A DNA stretch of 59,164 bases, filler included. It is 9 parts of 9 records of this genome, joined end to end, with 100 filler letters (N's around TTAATTAATTAA, not from the genome) between each part and the next. Parts side by side here need not be neighbours in the genome. Positions count along the whole stretch, not along the records: positions 1 to 5,975 come from SRR31156797_158684; positions 6,076 to 11,172 come from SRR31156797_159789; positions 11,273 to 16,410 come from SRR31156797_163515; 6 more parts are not named here. One strand, 5' to 3'. Position numbers and translations under genes: made by a program. Shown in pieces: positions 1-11,491 of this stretch (positions within the stretch are counted from its first letter, which is position 1; each line of letters begins with the position of its first letter). Under the pieces are notes generated by a model. It was not told where the DNA came from. It saw only the letters and a list, made by a program, of their open reading frames with translations, and did no database searches.

Positions 1-311
1 ACTTCGCCGGACCGCTTGGCGTAGCGGACCTTGCGATTGTCATCGAGAACCTTGTAGCCGACGCGGGTGCTCTCGCCGCTTTTGGGATCGATCAACGAAA
101 GGTTCGATATGTGGATCGCCGCCTCGCGTTCCACGATCCCGCCGGCCTGCGTCTGTGTCGGCCGCGTATGGCGTTTGATCATGTTGATCCCTTGAACGAT
201 GGCGCGGCTGTCCTTGGGCATGACGCGAAGGACTTCGCCCCGCTTACCCTTGTCCTTGCCCGCCAGGACGATGACCTGATCGCCCTTCTTGATCTTCAAT
301 TTCACCGGCAT
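1..311 (-). CDS. rplX: 50S ribosomal protein L24 (C-terminus cut by window edge)
   Basis: Manual translation from ATG at 311: [25 protein letters not shown] (KOW motif); directly follows rplN with TGATG overlap. Confidence 0.95.
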   Translation of the reverse strand, partial: MPVKLKIKKGDQVIVLAGKDKGKRGEVLRVMPKDSRAIVQGINMIKRHTRPTQTQAGGIVEREAAIHISNLSLIDPKSGESTRVGYKVLDDNRKVRYAKRSGE

Positions 312-679
312 CACAACACCTCGGGCGCGAGCGAAATGATCTTCATATACTTCTTGGCTCTGAGCTCGCGCGTCACCGGGCCGAAGATACGGGTGCCAAT
401 AGGTTCACCCTGAGCGTTGATCAGGACAGCCGCGTTGCGGTCGAAACGGATGGCGGAGCCATCGGACCGGCGGATATCCTTGGCCGTACGTACGATCACG
501 GCCTTGAGGATGTCGCCTTTCTTAACGCGTCCACGCGGAATCGCCTCTTTCACGGTGACGACCACGACGTCGCCGACCGAAGCGTATTTCCGCTTGGATC
601 CACCGAGAACCTTGATGCACTGCACACGGCGCGCACCCGAGTTATCGGCGATGTCCATATTGGTTTGGGCCTGAATCAT
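311..679 (-). CDS. rplN: 50S ribosomal protein L14
   Basis: [28 protein letters not shown]...[13 protein letters not shown]...SLAPEVL. Confidence 0.99.
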   Translation of the reverse strand: MIQAQTNMDIADNSGARRVQCIKVLGGSKRKYASVGDVVVVTVKEAIPRGRVKKGDILKAVIVRTAKDIRRSDGSAIRFDRNAAVLINAQGEPIGTRIFGPVTRELRAKKYMKIISLAPEVL

Positions 680-712
680 CTTTCTTGTCCTTTTTCGTCC
701 GCTACCGCCGCC

Positions 713-949
713 CTACGCGCCTTCGCTGAGAACTTCCCAACGTTTGCGCTTGGAAAGCGGCCGGCATTCGCGGATGCGAACGATATCGCCGATCTTCGCG
801 ACGTTGCTCTCGTCATGAGCCGCGTACTTCTTGGAACGACGAATAAACTTCTTGTAGAGCGGGTGCATCAGGCGGCGCTCGACACGGACAACAATCGTCT
901 TGTCCATCTTGTCGCTAACCACCACACCTTGCAAAACTCGCCTCGGCAT
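713..949 (-). CDS. rpsQ: 30S ribosomal protein S17
   Basis: [35 protein letters not shown]. Confidence 0.99.
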   Translation of the reverse strand: MPRRVLQGVVVSDKMDKTIVVRVERRLMHPLYKKFIRRSKKYAAHDESNVAKIGDIVRIRECRPLSKRKRWEVLSEGA

Positions 950-964
950 TAGTCGTTTCCTTTC

Positions 965-1162
965 TTACGACGCGGCGCCCTGGCGTTCGCCAAGAACGGT
1001 TTTAATCCGCGCGATATCGCGGCGTACCTGACGAACACGAGCGGTATTTTCCATCTGCCCGCTGGCGGCCTGGAACCGAAGGTTGAACGCCTCTTTGCGC
1101 AGGTCGACGAGCTGTTCTTTCAGTTCGTCAACGCTTTTGGCTCGAACGTCGGCCGGCTTCAT
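965..1162 (-). CDS. rpmC: 50S ribosomal protein L29
   Basis: True start MKPADVR at 1162 inside ORF 965..1408; [35 protein letters not shown]. Confidence 0.97.
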   Translation of the reverse strand: MKPADVRAKSVDELKEQLVDLRKEAFNLRFQAASGQMENTARVRQVRRDIARIKTVLGERQGAAS

Positions 1163-1166
1163 GGCG

Positions 1167-1586
1167 CTATTCCTCCTCGCCCAGACGTGAAACGAAGCGC
1201 GTCTTGATCGGTAGCTTCGCGGCCGCCAATTCAAACGCCCGGCGGGCCACATCGCGTGGAACGCCGTCAACTTCGAACATGATCCGGCCCGGCTTGACAC
1301 GGCACGCCCAGTATTCCGGCGTTCCCTTGCCCTTACCCTGCCGAACTTCGGCCGGTTTGCTGGAAACCGGCACATCGGGGAAGATGCGGATCCAGACGCG
1401 GCCGGCACGCTTCATGTGACGCGTGATGGCGCGTCGCGCGGCTTCGATCTGACGGGCCGTGATGCGATCGGGATTGAGCGCCTTCAGGCCATACGATCCG
1501 AAGGTCAAACGGCTACCGCGATAGGCCTTGCCGTGGATGCGGCCCTTGTGCGCCTTGCGGTACTTGGTGCGTTTTGGACTAAGCAT
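1167..1586 (-). CDS. rplP: 50S ribosomal protein L16
   Basis: [16 protein letters not shown]...[12 protein letters not shown]...[12 protein letters not shown]. Confidence 0.99.
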   Translation of the reverse strand: MLSPKRTKYRKAHKGRIHGKAYRGSRLTFGSYGLKALNPDRITARQIEAARRAITRHMKRAGRVWIRIFPDVPVSSKPAEVRQGKGKGTPEYWACRVKPGRIMFEVDGVPRDVARRAFELAAAKLPIKTRFVSRLGEEE

Positions 1587-1622
1587 TGTCTTCCGACTTC
1601 CCTAATCTCTGCCTGCGCCGTC

Positions 1623-2300
1623 TTAGCGCGCCGGCTGCTGTTCCTGGGCGCGTTTGTCCAAGGCCATCGGATCGTGGGCAAGAATTTCGCCCTTGAAGAT
1701 CCAGACCTTGATGCCGCAGGTGCCGTAGGTCGTTTTCGCCGTGGCGACGCCGTAATCGACATCGGCACGCAGTGTGTGCAACGGCACGCGGCCGTCGCGA
1801 TACCATTCCATGCGGGCGATTTCCGCCCCGCCGAGCCGACCGCCGCAGTTGATGCGGACGCCTTCGGCGCCGAGACGCATGGCCGACTGGACCGAGCGTT
1901 TCATGGCGCGTCGGAAGGCGACGCGGCGTTCCAACTGATGGGCGATGTTTTCGGCAACCAATTGCGCATCGATTTCGGGCTTACGGATCTCGACGATGTT
2001 CAGGTGCACGTCGGCCCCGGTCATCTTCGCCAATTCGCCGCGCAGCTTCTCGATGTCGGCGCCCTTTTTGCCGATGACGACGCCGGGACGGGCCGTGTGA
2101 ATGGTGACCCGGGCCATCTTCGCCGGACGTTCGATCAGGATCTTGGAAACGCCGGCCTGCATCAGGCGCTCACGCAGATACTCGCGGATGCGAAGATCCT
2201 CGTGCAGTAGATTTGAATAGTTGCCGTCGGCATACCAACGTGAATCCCACGTGCGGTTGATGCCGAGACGAAGCCCGATCGGGTTAACCTTCTGACCCAT
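1623..2300 (-). CDS. rpsC: 30S ribosomal protein S3
   Basis: [14 protein letters not shown]...[11 protein letters not shown]...[15 protein letters not shown]. Confidence 0.99.
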   Translation of the reverse strand: MGQKVNPIGLRLGINRTWDSRWYADGNYSNLLHEDLRIREYLRERLMQAGVSKILIERPAKMARVTIHTARPGVVIGKKGADIEKLRGELAKMTGADVHLNIVEIRKPEIDAQLVAENIAHQLERRVAFRRAMKRSVQSAMRLGAEGVRINCGGRLGGAEIARMEWYRDGRVPLHTLRADVDYGVATAKTTYGTCGIKVWIFKGEILAHDPMALDKRAQEQQPAR

Positions 2301-2680
2301 TACGCTGTCTCCTCGCGTTCGCGAACAACCAAACGCAGGTTGCTAAACGGTTTCTGGATCCGCCCGACCCGGCCACGGGCCCGCGCTTTCCATCGCTTCA
2401 TGACCATGGTGCGCCCGACGGTCGCCTCGGCAACCACGAGCTGATCGACATCCAGCTGATGGTTGTTTTCGGCATTGGCAATGGCCGATTCGAGAACCTT
2501 CTTGACGTCGACCGAAATGCGTTTCTTCGAAAACGTCAATTCGGCGAGCGCCTTTTCACAGGCTTTGCCACGAATGGACTGGGCCACCAGATTGAGTTTC
2601 TGGGGGCTGGTCCGAATGATCTTCGAATAGGCCATCGCCTCGTTGTCGGCCAACGGCCGACTGGCAGATTTCTTGCCCAT
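2300..2680 (-). CDS. rplV: 50S ribosomal protein L22
   Basis: [17 protein letters not shown]...[12 protein letters not shown]...RARGR. Confidence 0.99.
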   Translation of the reverse strand: MGKKSASRPLADNEAMAYSKIIRTSPQKLNLVAQSIRGKACEKALAELTFSKKRISVDVKKVLESAIANAENNHQLDVDQLVVAEATVGRTMVMKRWKARARGRVGRIQKPFSNLRLVVREREETA

Positions 2681-2683
2681 GGG

Positions 2684-2962
2684 TTAAGCCCTCTTCGCCT
2701 TCTTGTCGGCCGCGTGGCCGAAGAACACCCGGGTCGGCGAGAATTCGCCGAACTTGTGTCCAATCATGTCCTCGGTCACCAACACCGGCACGAATTTCTT
2801 GCCGTTGTAGACGCCGAAGGTCAGCCCGACGAATTGCGGAATGATCGTCGAGCGGCGCGACCAGGTTTTGACAATCTCGTTGCGACCCGACGCGCGCACC
2901 TTTTCAACCTTCTTGAACAGGTAGCCATCAACAAACGGGCCTTTCCAAACCGAACGTGCCAC
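2684..2962 (-). CDS. rpsS: 30S ribosomal protein S19
   Basis: [11 protein letters not shown]...KTWSRRSTI...[11 protein letters not shown]. Confidence 0.99.
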   Translation of the reverse strand: MARSVWKGPFVDGYLFKKVEKVRASGRNEIVKTWSRRSTIIPQFVGLTFGVYNGKKFVPVLVTEDMIGHKFGEFSPTRVFFGHAADKKAKRA

Positions 2963-2973
2963 GACAGCTCTCC

Positions 2974-3801
2974 TTATTTCTTATGTCGGCGGCGCATAAT
3001 CAGCGCGTCGGTCTTTTTATTACTGCGGGTGCGTTTGCCCTTGGTGGGCTTGCCCCACGGCGTAACCGGATGACGACCGCCCGAGGTACGGCCTTCGCCG
3101 CCGCCATGCGGGTGATCGATCGGGTTCATGGCAACGCCACGAACCGACGGACGCTTGCCGAGCCACCGCTTGCGGCCGGCCTTGCCCAATTTGATGTTCT
3201 GCTGATCGGAGTTGGACACGGCACCGATGGTCGCCATGCATTCGGCCCGGACCAAGCGAAGCTCGCCCGAACTCAGGCGCAACTGCGCGTAACCGCGGTC
3301 CTTGCCGATCAATTGCACGTAGGTGCCGGCCGACCGGGCGATCTGCCCACCCTTGCCGGGTTTCATCTCGACATTGTGGACGATGGTACCGACCGGAATG
3401 TTCTGCAGAGGCATTGCATTGCCGGGACGGATATCGACGCTTTCGCCGGAAATCACGGTGTCACCGGCGCGCATGCGCTGCGGCGCGATGATATAGGCCA
3501 GTTCGCCGTCCTCGTAGCGGACCAGGGCGATGAATGCGGTCCGGTTGGGATCGTATTCGATGCGCTCGACCGTCGCCATGACGTCGAATTTCTGCCGCTT
3601 GAAGTCGACAACCCGGTAGCGGCGCTTGTGCCCGCCGCCACGCCGCCGCGCGGTGATGCGGCCGGTGTTGTTGCGTCCGCCTTTGTTGCGCAAACCTTCG
3701 GTCAGCGACTTCTCCGGCTTGCCCTTCCACAGATGGGAACGGTCGACGAGAACGAGTCCGCGCCGTCCCGGTGTGGTCGGTTTAAACTGTTTTAACGCCA
3801 T
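2974..3801 (-). CDS. rplB: 50S ribosomal protein L2
   Basis: [10 protein letters not shown]...[13 protein letters not shown]...[17 protein letters not shown]. Confidence 0.99.
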   Translation of the reverse strand: MALKQFKPTTPGRRGLVLVDRSHLWKGKPEKSLTEGLRNKGGRNNTGRITARRRGGGHKRRYRVVDFKRQKFDVMATVERIEYDPNRTAFIALVRYEDGELAYIIAPQRMRAGDTVISGESVDIRPGNAMPLQNIPVGTIVHNVEMKPGKGGQIARSAGTYVQLIGKDRGYAQLRLSSGELRLVRAECMATIGAVSNSDQQNIKLGKAGRKRWLGKRPSVRGVAMNPIDHPHGGGEGRTSGGRHPVTPWGKPTKGKRTRSNKKTDALIMRRRHKK

Positions 3802-3804
3802 CGA

Positions 3805-4137
3805 TCAGACCCCCGTCGTGACGTCGATTGACTGGCCTTCGGCCAGCGTCACGACCGCTTTCTTGGTATCCACCCGCCTGCCGAGACCGCCACGGAAGCG
3901 CTTCACCTTGCCTTTGGCGCGAAGCGTGTTCACGGCCGTAACCTTGACCTTGAACAGATCCTCGACGGCGGCCTTGATCTCCGGTTTCGACGCATCCAAC
4001 GGCACGTTGAAGCTGACTTGATTGAACTCGGACAACAGGGTCGCTTTTTCGGTAATCACGGGATTGCGGATAATCTCGTACATCCGCCCCTTGCTCGGGC
4101 TGACGCCCTTGCCGCCTTTTCCGGTATAAGTCTTCAT
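3805..4137 (-). CDS. rplW: 50S ribosomal protein L23
   Basis: Start ATG 4137 overlapping rplD stop; [10 protein letters not shown]...[21 protein letters not shown]...KKAVVTL. Confidence 0.97.
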   Translation of the reverse strand: MKTYTGKGGKGVSPSKGRMYEIIRNPVITEKATLLSEFNQVSFNVPLDASKPEIKAAVEDLFKVKVTAVNTLRAKGKVKRFRGGLGRRVDTKKAVVTLAEGQSIDVTTGV

Positions 4138-4754
4138 TTCAAGCGCTCCACCAGGCTGGCGACGGCATCCTTGGTCAGCACCAGCGTGTCGCGGCGAAGG
4201 ATGTCGTGAACATTGGCGCCCTGGCTGGGAAGCACGTCGACACCGACGATGTTGCGCGCTGCCAGAGCGAAATTCTTGTCGAGCTCGCCAGCGGCAATGA
4301 CCAGCGCCGAATCCCAACCGAGCTTGGTCAGGGCCTTGGCCAGATCCTTGGTCTTCGGCGTTTTCGACTTGGCGTCTTCGAGAACCACCAGTTTTCCGTC
4401 CGCCTGTTTCGCCGACAGCGCACATTTCAGCGCCAGCTTGCGAACCTTCTTCGGCAGCTTGATGTCGTGGCTGCGCAAAACCGGACCGTGGGCAACGCCG
4501 CCGCCCCGCATGTGCGGAGCCCGGGTCGATCCCTGACGGGCCCGGCCGGTGCCTTTCTGGCGGAACGGCTTGGCGGTGGTGCCGCGGACTTCGCCCAGGG
4601 TCTTCACCTTATGGGTTCCGGCCCGGCGCTTGGCCAATTGCCAGTTGACCATTCGCGACAGAATGTCGGCCCGAACCGGGGCGCCGAAGACGCCGTCGTC
4701 GAGATCGATGCTGCCGACCTTCTTGTTTTCAAGGCTGATGACGTCGCACTTCAT
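4134..4754 (-). CDS. rplD: 50S ribosomal protein L4
   Basis: RRAGTHKVK...[24 protein letters not shown]; likely ATG at 4754 (GTG at 4760 possible). Confidence 0.98.
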   Translation of the reverse strand: MKCDVISLENKKVGSIDLDDGVFGAPVRADILSRMVNWQLAKRRAGTHKVKTLGEVRGTTAKPFRQKGTGRARQGSTRAPHMRGGGVAHGPVLRSHDIKLPKKVRKLALKCALSAKQADGKLVVLEDAKSKTPKTKDLAKALTKLGWDSALVIAAGELDKNFALAARNIVGVDVLPSQGANVHDILRRDTLVLTKDAVASLVERLK

Positions 4755-4760
4755 GGCCAC

Positions 4761-5579
4761 CTATTCCTTTTTCTCATCAGCGTCGGCGGCATCGTCGGCC
4801 GGGGCCGCGTCTTCCGCCGGAGCCGCGTCATCGGCCGGAGCGGCCTCGACAGCCGGGGTTTCCTCGGCCGGAGCCTCCTCAGGCGCCGCTTCTTCGGCGG
4901 GTTCGCCGGCAACGATCGAAGCCGGGAACGGCACGCCTTCGGGAGCCTTGGTCTTGACAGCGTCGCGAACCAGCAGATAGCCGCCCTTCGATCCCGGAAC
5001 CGCGCCCTTGATCATGATCAGGCCGCGTTCGGTATCGGTCGCCACGACTTCCAGGTTCAGCGTGGTGACGCGCTTGTCACCCATCTGCCCGGCCATCTTC
5101 TTGCCTTTGAAGACACGGCCCGGATCCTGCGCCTGACCGGTCGAACCGATGCTACGGTGATTGATCGAAACACCGTGCGAAGCCCTGAGACCCCCGAAAT
5201 GGTGGCGCTTCATGCCGCCGGCAAATCCCTTGCCGATGGAAGTGCCGGTGACATCGACGAACTGCCCGACCAGAAAATGATCGGCCGACAGCTCGGCGCC
5301 GACATCGACGAAGGCATCCGAAGAAATCCGGAATTCGGCGACACGCCGCTTCGGTTCGACCTTGGCCTTGGCGAAGTGGCCGCGTTGGGCCTTGGTAACC
5401 TTCTTCACCTTGGCGTTGTCGAAGCCCAGCTGGACTGCGTTGTAGCCATCCTTGTCCTCGGTGCGATGGGCAACCACCTGGCAGCCATCCACTCTCAATA
5501 CCGTAACCGGAATGTGCTGCCCATCGTCGGCAAACACCCGCGACATTCCGATCTTCTGCGTAATCAACCCGGTACGCAT
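4761..5579 (-). CDS. rplC: 50S ribosomal protein L3 with acidic Ala/Pro-rich C-terminal tail
   Basis: KIGMSRVF...[21 protein letters not shown]...[15 protein letters not shown]. Confidence 0.99.
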   Translation of the reverse strand: MRTGLITQKIGMSRVFADDGQHIPVTVLRVDGCQVVAHRTEDKDGYNAVQLGFDNAKVKKVTKAQRGHFAKAKVEPKRRVAEFRISSDAFVDVGAELSADHFLVGQFVDVTGTSIGKGFAGGMKRHHFGGLRASHGVSINHRSIGSTGQAQDPGRVFKGKKMAGQMGDKRVTTLNLEVVATDTERGLIMIKGAVPGSKGGYLLVRDAVKTKAPEGVPFPASIVAGEPAEEAAPEEAPAEETPAVEAAPADDAAPAEDAAPADDAADADEKKE

Positions 5580-5590
5580 CGTCCTGGTCC

Positions 5591-5899
5591 TTAAAGTTTG
5601 ATCTCGACGTTTACGCCAGCGGCGAGGTCGAGCTTCATCAACGCATCAACCGTCTGGGGCGTCGGATCTATGATGTCGAGAACCCGCTTATGGGTACGGA
5701 TTTCGAACTGTTCACGCGATTTCTTATCAATGTGCGGAGAGCGAAGAACGGTAAACCGCTCAAGCCGCGTCGGCAGGGGGATCGGCCCGCGAACCTCGGC
5801 GCCAGTGCGCCGTGCGGTATTGACGATCTCCAGAGCCGATTGATCGAGAACGCGATGATCAAACGCCTTCAGGCGGATACGTATGTTTTGACTTTCCAT
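5591..5899 (-). CDS. rpsJ: 30S ribosomal protein S10
   Basis: [14 protein letters not shown]...GPIPLPT...[20 protein letters not shown]. Confidence 0.99.
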   Translation of the reverse strand: MESQNIRIRLKAFDHRVLDQSALEIVNTARRTGAEVRGPIPLPTRLERFTVLRSPHIDKKSREQFEIRTHKRVLDIIDPTPQTVDALMKLDLAAGVNVEIKL

Positions 5900-5945
5900 A
5901 ACTCAGCCCATTCACCAACGTTCCCGCCGGCGCTTTCTTACGTGG

Positions 5946-5975
5946 TTACTCTATGACCTCGGCGACGACGCCGGC
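5946..5975 (-). CDS. tuf: Elongation factor Tu, last 9 codons (fragment)
   Basis: Manual translation AGVVAEVIE* matches the EF-Tu C-terminus; canonical position upstream of rpsJ. Confidence 0.85.
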   Translation of the reverse strand, partial: AGVVAEVIE

Positions 5976-6075
5976 NNNNNNNNNNNNNNNNNNNNNNNNN
6001 NNNNNNNNNNNNNNNNNNNTTAATTAATTAANNNNNNNNNNNNNNNNNNNNNNNNNNNNNNNNNNNNNNNNNNNN
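5976..6075. other. Artificial contig spacer (N runs + TTAATTAATTAA). Identical spacers at 11173-11272, 16411-16510, 22643-22742, 30473-30572, 36034-36133, 42508-42607, 51646-51745
   Basis: Exactly 100 nt each with a stop-codon linker; gene content and composition change across each one. Confidence 0.99.
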
Positions 6076-7283
6076 GCCAGGCCATGACACCGTTGCGGGA
6101 TTACGAGCCCTTCATGGACCTTTTAAAGAACATGGAACAGCCTTCCTTGGGCATCCTGGCCGGTGCGGTATTTACGGGTCTGGTCCAATCGTCTGCGGCG
6201 ACAGTGGGGCTCGCTATCGCAATGGCGTCCGAAGGACTGTTATCGCTACCAGCCGGTATTGCCTTGGCATTGGGCGCCAACATCGGCACCTGTATAACCG
6301 CTCTTTTGGCCTCCATCGGCAAGCCCGTGGAGGCGATACGGGCTGCGGTTGTGCATATTTCCTTCAACATTATAGGGGTGCTGATCTGGCTGCCGTTCAT
6401 TCATCAACTGGCAAGCCTTTCCATGGTGATATCGCCGCATGAAACGACGGCGGATATTCCGAGACAGATCGCCAACGCCAACACCCTTTTCAACTGCATC
6501 AACACCCTTTTATTTATCGGTTTCACCCGCTATTTTTCACTGTTGGTCGTCAAGCTGGTGCCGGATCGTCCGGAGAAGGAAGGGATTATTGTCGAACCAA
6601 AATTTTTGGACGACTCCGCGTTGGCCGTACCATCCGTAGCCCTGGAACAGGTTCGGAAGGAGTTCGGTCATATGGGGCAAATTGCCACAACCATGCTCTC
6701 GGAACTTCCTCACGCCATTTCGGAAAAGGACAGACAACATGTCGACACGATTGTTCTACAAGATGACAAGATCGATATCCTGGAAGCTGCCATTTTCCGT
6801 TTTTTAAGTAAAATCCGACAACAATCGCTGACGGAAGAAGAGAGCAAGCTTCATCAGGACTTGATGGCTGCCAGCGTAAATTTGGAAACGCTGGCGGATG
6901 TCATAGAAACCCAAATGAGCAGTTTGGCGAAACAGTTCATCTCTCACGAGCAGGATATCAGCGAAAAAACGAATCATATGTTTTCCAAACTCTACAAGGA
7001 AATTCATGATTCCATCGAACTTGCAGTCATTGCCGTGCGTGACAACAACCAAAATGCTGCCCTTCAGGTCATTCGCAAACAAAAGTACGTTAGCGAACTC
7101 AGCGAAAAACTGATTTCCAGAAAATCGGAAAGACTGGGGCGAGACCAGAAAGACAAACTGGAGACGGCTAGAATTGCGATTTCACTCGTGGACAAACTGC
7201 AACGGACCTACAATCTTGCCTGTCGAATCGCCAATGTGGTTATTCCTGCATCGGTCGAACAAAAAAAAGGGAGGCAAAATTGA
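6076..7283 (+). CDS. Na/Pi cotransporter family protein with PhoU-like C-terminal domains (5' truncated)
   Basis: TGLVQSSAATVG and LGANIGTCITALLASIG motifs; helical C-terminus with DDKIDILE. Confidence 0.9.
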
Positions 7284-7329
7284 ATGGATGTATGGGTCAA
7301 GCTGAATGACAAATTGAAAAAACGGAGTA

Positions 7330-8343
7330 TTAAAAACCGAATACCGATTGAAACACACTGTGGTCGGCCAAATAACCGAAATCACCTTCAACCCGCAAGA
7401 TGATACCAGGATTCGGGTCCCGGTCGTGGTCTTTCGGGAAACCGACCTGGGGGGCCACCTCGAAAATCAACCAATCCCTGAAAAAACGCTGGCGGAATCG
7501 CACCCGGAATTGAATGTCCGTCATATGATAATTTGGCTCGGTGTCAAAAAAATTCCCTATTTCATACCGCAACGCCCGATGCTCGCAAAGCACCTGGTAA
7601 AAAAGAAAGGTCAGGGATTGAGGCAACCCCTTCTCCTTTTCGTACCAATCCAAGGTATAACTGGTACGAAAAAACCAGTTCTTCGAAAAATAGCGATCCA
7701 GATCCAAGGTAAGTTTGTTTTCCCAACCATCGTCCGTATACCACTTGATTATATCCAGAAACCGCCCCAGCCAAGGACCGAACTCATGCTCATAGCGATA
7801 TCTGAGACCCGCATACAGATAGTTGAAAGAAACGCCTGCGGTTGTGGATAAATTATAATTTTCGCCGACCTTTAAAAAATAGCGAATCGAGGCCGTCAGA
7901 TCGCTGTTTTCATCATCTGTCGTACTGGGCCGGTCCATAATCGGATTGTCATCCGCATCGAATTCGTCGTCATCCGAAGTTGAAATGATTAACAAAGCCT
8001 TGTTGGAAAGCTTCGGCAACTTTAGCCTGAGGCTGACCTTCGGGCTAAATTCAAATTGATCGAATCTTGTATACCCGAAAGAGAGCCGTAGCTTGGCCCG
8101 TGTCGTATTTTCCTCAAGAATGGAACGGCCGTCGTCGAAAAAGGAATCGATCCAGCCCGCTGCGAACAGAACCATCTCCGAGGCTCTCTGGTGGCTGTCA
8201 TCGATTGCCTGTTCCTGTTCTTCATTGACAAGGGGAATATCGTCTCCTTGTGTACCGGTTTCAGGCTGAAGTTCGCCATTGACGCTATCCAAGCAAAACA
8301 ACGAAAAAAATAGTATTAATAAAAAGATGGTCTTGTAATTCAT
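7330..8343 (-). CDS. Exported hypothetical protein, probable outer-membrane beta-barrel
   Basis: Signal peptide, alternating aromatic beta-strand pattern, C-terminal Phe. Confidence 0.6.
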   Translation of the reverse strand: MNYKTIFLLILFFSLFCLDSVNGELQPETGTQGDDIPLVNEEQEQAIDDSHQRASEMVLFAAGWIDSFFDDGRSILEENTTRAKLRLSFGYTRFDQFEFSPKVSLRLKLPKLSNKALLIISTSDDDEFDADDNPIMDRPSTTDDENSDLTASIRYFLKVGENYNLSTTAGVSFNYLYAGLRYRYEHEFGPWLGRFLDIIKWYTDDGWENKLTLDLDRYFSKNWFFRTSYTLDWYEKEKGLPQSLTFLFYQVLCEHRALRYEIGNFFDTEPNYHMTDIQFRVRFRQRFFRDWLIFEVAPQVGFPKDHDRDPNPGIILRVEGDFGYLADHSVFQSVFGF

Positions 8344-8651
8344 CGCGGTGATCGTCAGAATATCAAAATGGATTTTCTTTTTTTACGGGAAAGCGTCTGT
8401 ATTGCTCGGGGCGATAACCATCCAATTGGGCGTACGATAGCACAAAATCACCGTATGATAAATTGCAGAAAAAAGGGTTGTAGAGTGAACGCATACTGGT
8501 TCACGCAGTCGGCATTAATTGTTTGACGGGAATTTTTTTCTGGTTGCACATCACAAGTTAAATTAGAAACCATATTGTCTTGACGGAGACAGACGAGTAA
8601 AATAGGTGGCGTTCTTCTTTACTGGCTGAGACGAAGAGAAAGGAGAGTAAG

Positions 8652-9170
8652 ATGGTACCTGAAATCAAAAAGATCCTATATGCCACAGACCTTTCACCCA
8701 ATTCAGGGTATGTCCTTCGTTATGCATTGAATGCGGCAAAAAGGCACCAGGCAAAATTGGTCGTTCTCCACGTCATGGAAGAACTGCCACCAACCGCCAT
8801 GCAGCTTGCCGAATCATTTATGGGAAACGAGAAGATTACTGAACTGTCGGCAGAAAGCAGGGCATCTGCCCGGGAGAAATTTCTGAAGCGCCTTCAAGCC
8901 GCGTGTAAAGATGGTTATTGTATCGATCTGGAATCGGATGAACGGATTGAATCCATTGAAGTGCAGCAAGGGCATACGGCAGACCTGATCCTGAGTAAAG
9001 CCGAAGAATTCGATTGCGATGTCATATTTATGGGAACCCACGGCAAAGGCTTTTTAAAACATCCATACTTCGGCAGCACCTCAAAAAGAGTACTGCGTCG
9101 GGTACGGATACCTGTTTTCATTGTCCCGTTACCCGAAGGGGATACGGATGTCACCGATCATGATGAATAA
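8652..9170 (+). CDS. Universal stress protein
   Basis: KKILYATDLS...LHV...DVIFMGTHG...GSTSKRVLR..PVFIVP; AGGAG RBS. Confidence 0.93.
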   Translation: MVPEIKKILYATDLSPNSGYVLRYALNAAKRHQAKLVVLHVMEELPPTAMQLAESFMGNEKITELSAESRASAREKFLKRLQAACKDGYCIDLESDERIESIEVQQGHTADLILSKAEEFDCDVIFMGTHGKGFLKHPYFGSTSKRVLRRVRIPVFIVPLPEGDTDVTDHDE

Positions 9171-9579
9171 AATGGATAAAGCTCGCGGCCTTTTACTTAT
9201 CCTTAATTTTCCGCGAATCAGCCTTTTGGCGAATGCAGCAATATCTCTGAAGGCTGGTTGACCATCAGCCATGAAGTGCGTATGTTTACAACGTGAATCG
9301 TAAACGAAGCGCTTTGGCGAATGGGAGCAGCACCAGCACTGCATAAGGTCGTGTCCTGAGTGGACCCGCGCAAACCGGTATTTGTCCACCTCAAAAGAAA
9401 ATTTGTTCAACCGCCGGCTGATGAATTCGGGCTCGATTACAAAAGCGCTTTCCGGGTTAGGCACCTGTTTCAAATGGAACGAAGATCCAATTTCGGACAA
9501 AACGCCGGAGCGATCCACCTTGAATCCTGATTATTCCGTATAGTGCGACGCTCGAAACCCATTGTACCAAGGAGAAGCC

Positions 9580-10023
9580 ATGAAGTTGAAACAACCATCT
9601 CCATACACAATCATTTGCCTGTTGGCAATCGCTCCTTTTTTGATCTGTCAATCGTCCTTGATGGCTGGTGGCATGCCGGATTCGGTGGCCATTACCGGGA
9701 TCAACTGGGCATGGCAACAAACCCGTAACGGCCCCGTAAACGAGGGGAAACCAAAAGATCCTTCCCGATACACAATCAACTTCAAAGACAACGGAGAGTT
9801 TAATATCCAGGCCGATTGCAACTGGGGTGGAGGAACATACACCGTCAATGCAGACAGTATCGTCATCAAGGTTACCCACACGACAAAAGCGATGTGTCCT
9901 CCCGGCTCACTGGAACAGCCCTTCATTGGGTGGTTGAATGCATCTGAAAGCTTTTACATCCGAGGCGACGACCTAATTATTGAAATGAAAAACGGTGCAG
10001 GGGCAATGGAATTCAAAGAATAA
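9580..10023 (+). CDS. META domain (HslJ-like) exported protein
   Basis: YTINF...ADCNWGGGTY...TTKAMCPPGSL two-Cys pattern; signal peptide. Confidence 0.85.
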   Translation: MKLKQPSPYTIICLLAIAPFLICQSSLMAGGMPDSVAITGINWAWQQTRNGPVNEGKPKDPSRYTINFKDNGEFNIQADCNWGGGTYTVNADSIVIKVTHTTKAMCPPGSLEQPFIGWLNASESFYIRGDDLIIEMKNGAGAMEFKE

Positions 10024-10074
10024 AAATCGTCCAAGCAACAACGATCGAAGGTCTTCACCTCAATTTCAAAACGG

Positions 10075-10992
10075 TTACTCCACCTCACTCTTCGAGGCTT
10101 GGTTGAGCAAACTGCCAGCATGATCGAGAAGGGAAGGATGATAGGCGGCATCCTTCATTTGATTGATGGCTTTAAAGTTTTCTTTGATATCATCGACCGA
10201 GACATGGGAACGATCAAAAGTAAAGCCTTTGCCCTCCATGACGGAAATCCGGCTGAAATGGCCACCGGCCGCACTGTAAATACCGCCGGTTTCCTCACAG
10301 GCCTCCGAGCAGAGATAAGCGACAAGGGGAGAGACCAGTTCCGGTTTGATCTGGTTTAGAATTTCGGGGGGCAACAGGTCTTCCGTCATGCGGGATGCCG
10401 CCATGGGAGCGATTGTATTCGCTTTGATGCCGTTTTTTGCACCTTCAATTTTCAAAACATTCATCAACCCGATCATGGCCGATTTGGCAGCGGCATAATT
10501 GGCCTGCCCAAAATTACCGAAAAGCCCTGCTGCCGAGGCAGTGAAAACGATACGTCCGAAGCCGTTTTCCTTCATCACAGGAAAAGCGGCACGGGTAACG
10601 CAGTAAGCCCCTTTCAAGTGAACGGACAAGACCCTGTCCCAATCCTCTTCTTCCATTTTTGCGAAAGACCGATCAATGAGAATGCCGGCATTGTTCACAA
10701 GGATGTCCACCTTTCCAAAACGATCGACGGCCGTGTCGACGATCTGCTTTCCACCTTCAACGGTATCGACACCGCTATAATTGGAAACGGCAGTACCGCC
10801 ATCACGTTCAATTTCTTCGACGACCATGTCCGCCATTGCTTTCCCTGTTCCCGTGCCATCAACATTCCCGCCCAAGTCGTTGACGACCACCTTTGCTCCC
10901 AAAGAGGCCAACAACCGTGCGTGGGACCTCCCCAAACCGCCTCCGGCGCCCGTGATAACAGCAACTTTATCGTCGAATCGAATGTCTCCCAT
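10075..10992 (-). CDS. Short-chain dehydrogenase, MFE-2-like 3-hydroxyacyl-CoA dehydrogenase type
   Basis: TGAGGGLG, VVNDLGG, NNAGI, GNFGQANYAAAK (YxxxK). Confidence 0.92.
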   Translation of the reverse strand: MGDIRFDDKVAVITGAGGGLGRSHARLLASLGAKVVVNDLGGNVDGTGTGKAMADMVVEEIERDGGTAVSNYSGVDTVEGGKQIVDTAVDRFGKVDILVNNAGILIDRSFAKMEEEDWDRVLSVHLKGAYCVTRAAFPVMKENGFGRIVFTASAAGLFGNFGQANYAAAKSAMIGLMNVLKIEGAKNGIKANTIAPMAASRMTEDLLPPEILNQIKPELVSPLVAYLCSEACEETGGIYSAAGGHFSRISVMEGKGFTFDRSHVSVDDIKENFKAINQMKDAAYHPSLLDHAGSLLNQASKSEVE

Positions 10993-11025
10993 TTCTCTCT
11001 CCTGTCTTGTGAACATACAGCCTGA

Positions 11026-11172
11026 TCATCCATCGCTTGGGACGTCTTCAAAGTGCATGGAAATTTCGTATTCCACTCCACGGCTCGATATTTCCAGATC
11101 GGGGTACTTCTTTTTGAAAATATTTGCCATCGCCTCGTTTTCTTGGAGGACATTGGCGACAAAGCCTTTAAA
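11026..11172 (-). CDS. C-terminal fragment of a GNAT acetyltransferase domain protein
   Basis: Manual translation FKGFVANVLQENEAMANIFKK... resembles the GNAT motif B (VL.EN..M..F). Confidence 0.55.
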   Translation of the reverse strand, partial: FKGFVANVLQENEAMANIFKKKYPDLEISSRGVEYEISMHFEDVPSDG

Positions 11173-11272
11173 NNNNNNNNNNNNNNNNNNNNNNNNNNNN
11201 NNNNNNNNNNNNNNNNTTAATTAATTAANNNNNNNNNNNNNNNNNNNNNNNNNNNNNNNNNNNNNNNNNNNN

Positions 11273-11479
11273 GGGGGACGCAGGTATCTCGTCACCGCGA
11301 TTCCATGCCTGCTCATGCTCGTGATCACCAACTGGGCAATGGTCCAGAACGAACTGCGATTCATCCAGAACAAAGACTGGCTGCTGGTGGGAATCGGTGG
11401 TGGGATCTTCCTCTTGGCACTGTGGATGACAGCCGAAGCAGTGGTCGCCTTTCGCCGTACCGCTCACGCAGCGGCCTAG
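11273..11479 (+). CDS. cstA: C-terminal fragment of a carbon starvation protein A-like membrane protein
   Basis: Manual translation YLVTAIPCLLMLVITNWAMVQN...WLLVGIGGGIFLLALWMTAEA; two TM helices resembling CstA C-termini. Confidence 0.6.
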   Translation, partial: GGRRYLVTAIPCLLMLVITNWAMVQNELRFIQNKDWLLVGIGGGIFLLALWMTAEAVVAFRRTAHAAA

Positions 11480-11491
11480 ACTCTCGACGCG

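Noticed and set aside
1416-5594. Long plus-strand ORFs opposite ribosomal protein genes (e.g. 1416-2210, 2956-3795, 4206-5594)
   Set aside because: Antisense shadows of highly conserved genes.
9171-9579. 400-nt intergenic region and ORF 9129-9518 (-)
   Set aside because: No recognisable protein family, RNA structure or terminal repeats; could be a remnant but I cannot support it.
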